Below are positions 10,009 through 18,994 of a DNA stretch of 19,285 bases, piece by piece; position 1 is the stretch's first letter; each line of letters starts with the position of its first letter. The DNA comes from Oopsacas minuta (taxonomy: Eukaryota > Animalia > Porifera), in the NCBI GenBank assembly GCA_024704765.1, contig JAKMXF010000123.1:1-19285 (forward strand), read 5' to 3'. The notes under the pieces are model-generated. The model had not been told where the DNA came from. It did no database searches and was given only the letters and a program-made list of their open reading frames with translations. The position numbers and the translations under genes were made by a program.

Positions 10009-10656
10009 TCTACAAATCTTAATTATAAGCTTATTAAGCGCTGTACCTAGTACGTAGCTTATTACAACTTCCTAAATCAAGAGAAAATCGTCTTGAGTGA
10101 GTTACTAATTTCACTCGATTACCTAAATTTGTCCTTATTAAGCGGAGTTGACTGTCTAATAATACTGGCATTGTAAGGACGCAGGAATCACAAACTTACT
10201 GTTGCAGCATTCATCACATCTCACCATTAATATACATTGCTAATTATTGGTTCGGAGCGACCGCCGAACCTGTTACACGACCTCATAAGGCCCAGTACTG
10301 TAAACTTCCGTTATAAGCTAACATCAATTATATGACTAAACTCACGCTATAACAAAGTGATTCACAAACCTCCTCCAGCTTGAAAGTATTGATCTTACTC
10401 CGCATATATCCTAATGCTGCAGATCACGAAATGTAACCGGGTTCCGTACCAGTCCAGAACACTTCGTTATAATGGGAATGTGTTGCAGTTACAAACTGAT
10501 TACACTTGCTCAAGTTTATCTATAATAGACATTTGACCCCGCACATTTGGTTCAGGCAAGAAATACCACCCGTATTATATTAGCTATCCAAAACTTGATA
10601 CTTTTGCTCTGCACTGGCTAAACATTATCGGGGTATTACAGGGCAAGTGTCAACCC

Positions 10657-10880
10657 TATACTTGCCAACATGAGTGAAGATAAAATGCGGGACAGAAGGG
10701 GCTGATTGAGCGGGACATCGTCGGATGCAGCATATTTGTATTAGACTGGACTACAAAATAGAGGGACAATTAAGGGTTTTGTCAAGTTTTGGCTGGACAT
10801 TAGCCTCATTGGCAGTCAACACATATTCGGGGCGAGTAATCGTGGTGTCCCGCCAACCAACGGAACAATTGGCAAGTATG
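10657..10880. mobile_element. Short MITE (hAT-like termini) in the spacer between NHL copies 2 and 3
   Basis: TATACTTGCCAAC ... ATTGGCAAGTATG inverted termini; subterminal GCGGGACA x2, GAGGGACA and inverted TGTCCCGC. No TSD detected. Confidence 0.6.
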
Positions 10881-11424
10881 GTACGTTTGAACGACTTCAC
10901 ATACAGGATGCAATTTAGTTGCATGCATAATATGAAATGAAATGTTGCATTGTATATTTAGTGTTTCAGATAGAATTATGTAATAACCAGCTTTCCTTTA
11001 AAGTAACAAGAATTACCTGCAGTGAAATACACTGAATAGCAAACAAATGAGCATGAAAGAGTAGAGTAACAAGCGTGTATAACCGCAATATCAACAGTAT
11101 GAGCATTCCTATGGTAGTGGAATGTATAAATCAATACAATTTGACTATAGTGAGTAATACAATTTTCCCCATAGGATTTGGCTTAGGGAGTAAATTTTTC
11201 GTAACTTTGTCAATTTTAATCCGATTTTGGATTTCTTTAGCTCTATCAACTTCTCTCAACGAGTTCTTGAACGGTGCATATAGGGATTTTTGACCACATT
11301 AAAAAAGTTGGGGGGGTGTAAGATTATGCAATTGTACCTGCTATAGTATTATATTACATTGAAAGTATTCTTATTCTATTTATAGCAATTTTAGTTTAAT
11401 AAGCTTATAATTAAGATTTGTAGA

Positions 11425-12336
11425 ATGGCTACTGCTCATAGAGAAGATACAGATCATGGAGAAGATAACTTTATTCAAGAAATACATCGAATAAAGGAGA
11501 GAATTGAAATTAAAGCTGGAGTAATCGATTATACAAATAAGAAACAACCTCTAGTTAGTGTTTGTGACCAAGGAAGCGGAAATGACCAACTTTACTATCC
11601 ATGGGATGTTACTCTAGATATGACAACAGGAAATATTTATATAGTAGATGCAGGTAATCACTGTGTTAAAGTGTTCGACTGTACTGCTAAGTATTTATTC
11701 AAATTCGGAGATAGTAAAGGTGAAAGTGAGATGAACTACCCGAAAGGTTTAACTATTTGTGGGAATAGAATTCTTATTTCTCAATATAGCAACTGTATAA
11801 TGAACTATCAACTAGATGGAAAGTTTATTTCCAAAGTTGGTAAAGATGGAAAAGGAAATTTAGAGTTTAATAACCCTTGGGGTATAACAATCAATAAATT
11901 AAATGGAGATGTTTACATTTGTGATGCATCTAACAATCGTATTCAAATACTCTCAGAAAACCTTCATTACAAGTCTCAGTTTGGTAAAGATATTCTCACA
12001 TACCCTCGTGATATCAAAATCAATCGAGACAACATTTTTATCCTGGATGAATCAAATCCTTGTCTACACATTTTCAATAAATATCTAGTTCTACAGAAGA
12101 ATTTCATTTCTATCGGAAAAGGAAAGCAAGTGATATCTCCCTTGTTCTTCTTTCTGGACAATTCTGATAATATTCTAATCTCAGATTATGGTTCTAATTC
12201 TATTCGTATTTTCAATTCTAAATATGAATGTATCCACAAAATCTCTATTCCTGTTCCATCAGGAATTACATTAGATGATAAAGATAGAATTATTGTTGTG
12301 AGTTATGCTAATAAGAATTGTCTACAGATATTCTAA
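11425..12336 (+). CDS. NHL-repeat beta-propeller protein, copy 3 (internal in-frame deletion relative to copy 2)
   Basis: 303-aa ORF; the first 29 aa match copy 2 except L/Q, then it jumps directly to KAGVIDY; six blades intact. Confidence 0.92.
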   Translation: MATAHREDTDHGEDNFIQEIHRIKERIEIKAGVIDYTNKKQPLVSVCDQGSGNDQLYYPWDVTLDMTTGNIYIVDAGNHCVKVFDCTAKYLFKFGDSKGESEMNYPKGLTICGNRILISQYSNCIMNYQLDGKFISKVGKDGKGNLEFNNPWGITINKLNGDVYICDASNNRIQILSENLHYKSQFGKDILTYPRDIKINRDNIFILDESNPCLHIFNKYLVLQKNFISIGKGKQVISPLFFFLDNSDNILISDYGSNSIRIFNSKYECIHKISIPVPSGITLDDKDRIIVVSYANKNCLQIF

Positions 12337-12564
12337 TACTCTTAGATATTTACTACTTTATGTTACCCATTTTTCTACATTTTGTATTAGTTTTTCCACA
12401 AAATATTTTGTCGTGTTTCCAGTAATGAATCTTTCCTTTACTTTACTATTCCTTTCGTCTCTATTCCATAATACTTTCCAGCCCTTAATGCCACGGTCCT
12501 AACCTCTATACTAAGAACTCCTTCATATAGACAGCAATACAATATATGAGATACTGTGGGCACC
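12337..12564 (+). repeat. 3' flank of NHL copy 3
   Basis: Aligns with the flanks of copies 1 and 2; shares the terminal CTGTGGGCACC with copy 1. Confidence 0.9.
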
Positions 12565-12748
12565 CGCTGTCTACCAATGTGGAAACCGCTGCCTTGTTCC
12601 TTTTATACCTTAATCGTGGTCGTGCTTGCTGTACACAAGTATATATGTATATACACCTAAATATTTGAAAATGTACCTTTGTGCTAAAAGTGGCACAAAC
12701 ATTAAATCTTAATAACTCACTACCCAATGCTCCAAATATCCGGATACT

Positions 12749-13139
12749 TAGGGCATCACGATCGCGATCTGTATTTGACTATCGTAGGATGATCGCTGAT
12801 CATTTATAAACAGTGATCGAGTGTAAGATCGCAATCATTTTTCCAGAAAAATTTTCGATCATATTTTGATCTTTTTAGGCAGACATCATTTGAAAATTTG
12901 CGAATCTAGACCCCAAAATGTCTATAAAAATGTATTTACTAATTTTCATGGCAATCGGAATGGTAGATTTCGCATGGCCGCCCGGACTGCCATAGATATA
13001 GAGCATCTCCCTATACGAAGTGCTTATAAATTTCAGAAATGTGATCGGAAAATGATCGTGATTGTGATAGCGATAATATTTGGTGAAAGGATTGGGATCG
13101 TGACCGCGATCATTAATTTGGTAATCGACAAATGCCCTA
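12749..13139. mobile_element. MITE with TAGGGCAT termini and GATC-rich subterminal arms (hAT-like)
   Basis: TAGGGCAT at 12749 and ATGCCCTA ending at 13139; I count 12 GATC sites, confined to the two arms. An 8-bp TSD is not convincing. Confidence 0.65.
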
Positions 13140-13674
13140 TACATACATACATTAATATACAGATTAATGGATTTTGTTAATAGTATAGATTACGTGCGAA
13201 TAATGCACTATTTCCATATTTGAATCCGTTCTCAAACAATGTTCTCTCAAATTCAATATATATTAAGAGCTAGTGTAGAGAACCAGCGAAAATTTTAAGG
13301 TTCAACACCAGTAGTGCTCCCAAGCCTTTGATTCTAGGTGGCGCGGACCTGGATCCGAGGAAATTTATGTGGCGGCAGTATTATATATTTATTCTTTCAA
13401 TAACAAGATTAGTGGTGCATTACTGGCGAGTGTGGCGCTAGCGCGCGACCCCTAACGACGCCACTGTCGACCACCCATATTATCAGAGGAAATAACCCAA
13501 GTGCAGGGATTTCAAAAAATAATAAGCATAAAGATTCAAAGATTCATTACAATAGTGGGGTAAGACCAAAGGGTTAATAATTCTATTCATATTTGGCACA
13601 ATAGATCCTATAAGTTAGAATGTTTCATGTTCCAAAATGAGGAGCATTGCCCCCACAGTTACGTCACCGCTGCC

Positions 13675-14367
13675 CAGTGGTGTCCTGCTGTGGGAGCGGG
13701 TGGGAGCGCCGCTCCCATACTTTTTTAATAAATCAAATTGGCAAGTAACAATTACTTCACAAGTTACTGAATTTGTATACCTGATATCTACAGTAGCATA
13801 CAATCAATATTTGAAATCAATTGAAATTTGTTCCAAATATAATTAAGTCGAGTTGAGAGAGCAAATGTTTACTTTATAGCGCCGTGAATATATCGTAGAA
13901 GTTGTTCCATGCAACTCATCTGAATGCGAAAGGGGGTTCAGTTAAATGAATATCATATTGGATGAAAAACGAACCCGGATTACAATAGAACAAGTTTCTT
14001 CTTTGCTGTTTATCCAGCTTAATGGTCCACCACTGACTATTTGGAGACCATTGGAATATTCTAAATCTTGGCTCTTGCACCATAATTCAGTAACAAATAT
14101 CCATGGATTGAAGTCCAAAAATTCTGAGCCCCATAAACAAGAAGAAATTTGACAGTATTATTAGTTAAATAATTTTGGGTACTTAACCACTTGTTAGAAC
14201 TCTATTTTCAGATTTACTACTAAACCTTTGATATTATTCATACTTATCTTATTAATTCAATTACTGGTATATTGTTTGAATTTTGTATTAGAAATTAGGA
14301 TATATTCAATTGAATTTGAAATTTGAAATACCGCTCCCATACTTATAATTAGAGCAGGACATCCCTG
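13675..14367 (+). mobile_element. Complete non-autonomous hAT element (693 bp) carrying a ZNF862-type dimerization-domain remnant
   Basis: 15-bp TIRs CAGTGGTGTCCTGCT / AGCAGGACATCCCTG (13/15); 8-bp TSD CCGCTGCC / CTGCTGCC (7/8); subterminal GGGAGCG motifs; internal frame IVEVVPCNSSECERGFS*MNIILDEKRTRITIEQVSSLLFIQLNGPPLTIW with TAA at 13943. Confidence 0.9.
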
Positions 14368-14426
14368 CTGCTGCCGTACCAAAAACGTCTGAAACATTGC
14401 CCCGAACAGACCAAATATTTTTGATA

Positions 14427-14885
14427 CAGTAAACTCCCGTTATAGCCAAGTCGGATATAACGAAACTCTCGCTATTACGAAGTTATTCTTTACCTCTAAG
14501 CAGTGGCATGGCCAGAGCTTTGGTGATGTACTGGCATGCATCCATGATCCAAGATCTAAAGGATCTCAGTGTTTGTTGGGCTAAAGTTTAAGAGAAATTA
14601 ATACTCTGTGACCATTTCTCAATCTAGAATGGCAGTTGGTACTAAGTTTACAGTTTGAATAATTATGGAATTACAGTACCATAGTTGACAAATTTAGTGA
14701 TTATATTTAACAAGTCAAAATGTCAAATACTCACACCTGGAAAAATTATTATCAATTCCCTTATAAATCACAATCTATAGCTACGTCACTGAAATTTATT
14801 GATTTTACTCCGCTTACAACAAAATTCCTCTAATAACAAAATAAATCCGAGGTCTCGAGCACTTCGTAATAACGAAGGTTAACTG
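14427..14885. mobile_element. pogo/Tigger-type MITE
   Basis: TA|CAGTAAACTCCCGTTATAGCCAAGT ... ACTTCGTAATAACGAAGGTTAACTG|TA imperfect inverted termini with TA flanks. Confidence 0.65.
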
Positions 14886-15047
14886 TATATTTGGTTCGCA
14901 ACAAACACTACACCGACCAAATATTTCGTAACAGATAAATCAAAATAGCCCAATATACTGTTCTGGATTCATATCAACAAACATATATGTATAGTCAGTA
15001 TGGAAATAGTAAAGATAAAGCATCCTAGGAGTAAAATACACAATATA

Positions 15048-15191
15048 TTAGAAAATGAGGAGTTTATGATTGCGACCAACAACAATAATTCTACCTGAAT
15101 AATCTAGTGATACTCCGATTGGAAAAGCAATCTGTTCAGATAGTTTATGAATCGATGAGCAATTCTTATCTGTAATAATCACATTATTCTT
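15048..15191 (-). pseudogene. Remnant of a divergent NHL-repeat gene (C-terminal blades only)
   Basis: Minus strand reads KNNVIITDKNCSSIHKLSEQIAFPIGVSLDYSGRIIVVGRNHKLLIF*, parallel to DNILISD...IHKISIPEPSGITLDDKGRIIVVS...CLQIF*. An in-frame TGA lies just upstream. Not in the ORF track. Confidence 0.75.
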
Positions 15192-15807
15192 AAAGTTTGA
15201 TCATTCTTCTCAGGGGTAGTTCCAAACATAACACCCTTAGACTTCTGTTTATTTAGTCTAAACTCTTGTAACTTTTGAGTATAGAGAGCTAGAATTGGAT
15301 CAGAAGGCTTTGTTGAAGCATAACGAGATTTGTCCCGAATGATATAATTTAGAACAGGATATAAGTCCAGCTCTCAGTGGAGGGAAATAAGCAGGAGAAT
15401 GTAAGCGGATTCTAAGTGATGACTGCATGAACAAAATACAACTAATTTACATGAACTGAGAACCATGTCAAAAAATTGCGAAAAATTTCAATTTCCCAGG
15501 TTGACAAATAGTAAGGAAAAGATTTGGTAATATATTACATTAAATTTCAAAATTTATACTTCTAGAGATTTGTCTATATAAATACCACATTAGAACACCG
15601 TAAGTTAAACTCTCGTAATATATAGCATCACCGGATACAGTACACAGCAAATATTGACATCTTATAAATTATAAGATTCAATATTTATCCATGATAAGTT
15701 ATAATCGATAAATACACAAAATTTATCGATTATTCCACAATCTTCATATAAACCATTGTTTTACATAGATAATGTTCTAGATATGCCGTAAAGAATCGCA
15801 GTACATC

Positions 15808-15956
15808 TAGGACGTAACTAGCATTGAGGCAGAGGAGGGCTTTGCTTCCTCGCTTTTTCGGGAGTTGCTTCATCTGCCAATTGTACTCGCCTTTTATATA
15901 TTGAAGCAAAATATTCTCCCTTGCCTCCTCGCTCTGGTATCTCTAGCTACGCCCCA
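15808..15956. mobile_element. 149-bp MITE with hAT-like termini
   Basis: TAGGACGTAACTAG ... CTAGCTACGCCCCA inverted termini (11/14); GTACAT (AGTACAT) is directly repeated at both ends as a probable TSD. Confidence 0.7.
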
Positions 15957-16213
15957 GTACATGGCTACCTCTTTACCAGAGAATCAATACGATGTAGTAT
16001 TTTCTTCCCCAGTTTATTGATATTTTGAAAAAAATACAATCTAAAAAATATCGTTATAGAAAAATTCAAACAATTCGGTAAAATGGAATTATGTGAAGTG
16101 AAAGGTAAAATATTAAGTAAAGAATATAAAACAGTATTTATTCGAGAGTTTTACTCAACAGTAAATATGCGATTTCTTAAGTAACTTTATTTTATCTAAT
16201 CCGAAGATGAACA

Positions 16214-16410
16214 GGGCAAAAGGTTCTGATTAGTAAGGGTGTACTGTAAATACTTTGCTTTGGGTGGTAGAATAATTCTTACATCCAATTAATTATGGAA
16301 GTAAAACTGACTAAGAAATGTAATCTCCACGCTGTATACTTGTGCTTACAACAAGGATATCGTTATGATTTCCATATTTTCACAATATCATTCAGTCAAA
16401 ATAGTTCCGC
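16214..16410 (+). repeat. Degenerate dispersed direct repeat, partner at ~3001-3170
   Basis: Same ordered blocks as 3001-3170. Confidence 0.55.
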
Positions 16411-17957
16411 CTAAAGTCAACTCCCGGTACATCGAAGCCCGAATGCCCGCTAATTACTTCTATATAACCGATGAAAATATGTTACTTTGACATTTTGGGA
16501 CCAAATTTGTAGTGTCGCTTGAATTTTGTAAATTTCAGACTTAGATATATCCGTATTGAATATAAGCAATAGTGACTTACTGTAAAAATTCAAAAATCTT
16601 GAATAGATATAATGTGAATAAGGAAAATTTTGCAGAAAATAGTACCTTCTAATCAAAACTATTACAAAGGTATCTGTATGCTAACGTGTCTACAACTATT
16701 CGAAAAATTCCAATTATTTTCGCAAACAGTAACCCTAAACTAATTCGAATGTTGAATACCCGAAAAGATAGATATTTGTTGTATTCAATTTGATACAGAT
16801 TCTTGCAAGTTTACGTAATCTAACTCTCTTTAACAATATACATCTAAATGTCACAACAGAGACGAAATTATTGGCAAAAAATTCAATACGAAACCAAATA
16901 CTTTAAAGTCAGTAAATACACATACATTCTTAACAATTGTAAGGAAAATAGTCGAATAGTCGAGATTAGATCATTTACTTTGGGAAATTTACTTAATTAT
17001 ATTACTTTGGCTAAAGATTACACAATTGTTTGTAATCTATAATTGCTATATTACTTCACTGATTTGATTAGTTTCTAGGAGTACAAATGTAAAGATAACT
17101 GGAGAGGATATCCCATTCCAGAAATTCCAAATAGTTTTCACTTCCCAAATTCTATTCATGTTAACGATTTGGTAATTTGATAAAGTATAATATTTCCAAC
17201 GAAATATAACAATTATATATATTTCATTAATCGAATGAATATTAGTCTTTAGAAATCTGTTAACAATATTATAAGTGTACAAAATCGGTAACATCGAATT
17301 CTGGCCCAATGTAATAGCGTATTCAATAAATTTGTTATTTATTCACGGTTGCAGTGAGAATGGAATTCAATCCTCATTCCTAGACCTTTCTCACGGGAAA
17401 TGCTATGGGAATTCCCATCCCACTCCAACGGCAATCCTATCTTTAGTGCATCATTGAATACATTTGTCGCTTACATTGTATATTTTTCCCTTTTTGGTTT
17501 CCCTGATCCTTCTGCTAGCTGTGCAATAGTAACTTATGAATGTGTTTGCTCCTATTTGATGGATTTCGGCTACTAGTTCGTACTCAAGATGCGAACATTT
17601 ACCGATTTACAATTCATGTACCATGTCACGAAATGTGAGGTCAAGAAATGTATGTATCGCAGGCTTTAGTCCTACTTGCCAGGAATCTTTATCGTTTTAG
17701 GTGCACGTTATAGCATGTGACCGTTATAAGGTAAATATTGCCGTTAGAAATTTTTACATTATATTCATAAAATCAAAAATTACATTTACATGTGGTTGTT
17801 GAAAAGTGTGAAAATCGGATTCCACTTATTTGATATATTTGGTCAGGTGTTATTGAATTTTGTATACTTTCTTTGATAAAACGATAAATCATAAGTAAAT
17901 AGTTATGCGACACCTCAGAATAGAAACATTCGAATTCGATACAACATTCCATTANAG

Positions 17958-18994
17958 CCATTTTTCAAAGTGGAAGCAAACATAATCTATTTCAACTACT
18001 GTCTGTCAATGCTGCTAGCTACAGGACTGTTCCTGCTCGGAATAGAGAGTGGGACTCATAATGACTTTGTTTGTTTAATCATTGGTTTCTTATTGCACTA
18101 TATTTGGTTAGCAGTGTTCACTTGGACTCTGTGTAATGGCATTTTCATAATTTTCCTGGTGGTTATAGGTGAGTTTGTTACGTAGAATATATAATAGTAT
18201 AGGGGAAGATATATTGCACGCTTCCATGTTATATATAATTATATAATTATTGCCCCTTAATCCCTGTTACACAAAATTTTGTTCAAAAGAGTGAACAGAC
18301 CCAATCGGATTTTTGTTCCATTTCAAATGTAATTCTTTCTGGGTTATTCTAAACAATCTTTAAGAAAATTTTGAGATTAAATACAGTCACTCCCGTTGAC
18401 CCAAATCTTCAAAGTAACATAATTATCATCGGTTAATATCGAACTCAGCATCAAAGGAAATATCGTGCTCTCTTGAGCTTCGATATAACGGGAATAGACT
18501 GTATGAGAAATATATTACAAATTTTGTTGATTGTGATACCATTATTTACTAATATTTCTTTTAAAACAGCTGTAATGACCACGAGGAAGATTTACCCGTA
18601 TCTCATCGTGTTCGGATGGACGTTCCCTTTTATTATTCCAACAATAACAATTGCTGTAACAAGAGAAAACTACGTAGGCCCCAGTGAGCACTGTTTCCTC
18701 AATATTAACTATGGAGTTATTTGGGCGTTTATTTCCCCTATAATTATCCTTCTCCTCATCAATCTTATACTACTCACTCTCGCTGTAATACGGATTGTAA
18801 CAGCTAGAGCTAAGGCAGGGGAAGATCAAAGGCTTCTGTTAATAAAGAATGTATTAATATACAGTTTAATTCTAACACCAATCTTAGGATTACCTTGAGT
18901 GATTCTAATATTCAACATATTCATACAGAGCACAGTTGTAGAATTGATATTCATCCTATTGAATGGCGGTATGGGCCTTATATTCTTTATTGTG
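17958..18994 (+). pseudogene. Adhesion/secretin-family (7tm_2) GPCR, TM2-TM7; exons ~17958-18168 and 18570-~18994; premature stop and lost C-terminus
   Basis: NIIYFNYCLSMLLA...VCLIIGFLLHYIWLAVFTWTLCNG (TM2-3), YLIVFGWTFPFII...CFL...VIWAFISPII...INLILL (TM4-5), LILTPILGLP*V (TM6; TGA at 18896 where Trp is usual in LG-x-x-W) and FILLNGGMGLIFF (TM7). The start of the first exon is uncertain (N at 17955). Upstream exons (TM1, GPS/GAIN) were not found. Confidence 0.85.
18169..18569 (+). other. Phase-1 intron of the GPCR gene
   Basis: ATAG|GTGAGT donor; CTAAT at 18549 plus TTTCTTTTAAAACAG acceptor; splicing keeps the frame (VVI-A-VMTTRKIYPY). Confidence 0.8.

Noticed and set aside
10249-10270. GGTTCGG...CCGAACC hairpin as a Helitron 3' end
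   Set aside because: There is a 7-bp stem but no CTRR terminus at the expected distance on either strand and no Rep/helicase remnant.
1347-12727. Short ORFs overlapping the NHL genes and flanks (1347-1568, 1520-1735, 1932-2117, 8594-8791, 8948-9133, 8976-9206, 9641-9835, 11903-12088, 11976-12161, 12305-12502, 12506-12727)
   Set aside because: These are antisense or off-frame shadows of real genes and duplicated flanks; their recurrence reflects the duplication, not conservation of separate proteins.
13309-13466. Possible small hAT MITE (CAGTAGTGC ... ACGCCACTG)
   Set aside because: TIR match is short and imperfect and the putative TSD is only 5/8; not enough to call.
17078-17175. Candidate upstream GPCR exon (TTTCTAG|...TTG|GTAATT)
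   Set aside because: Splice-like signals are present, but no frame gives a GAIN/GPS or TM1 motif.
3557-18545. Short ORFs inside MITEs or AT-rich spacers (e.g. 3557-3778, 3815-4051, 4326-4604, 6808-7271, 10725-10940, 12866-13180, 13615-13846, 16450-17309) and the first ~32 codons of 18473-18898
   Set aside because: No recognisable domain, they overlap repeat elements, or (18473-18569) they are intronic.
18896-18898. TGA read as Trp or Sec (alternative genetic code)
   Set aside because: Intact NHL genes use TGG for Trp and TAA for stop, and no SECIS-like evidence was seen; a nonsense mutation or base error is simpler.
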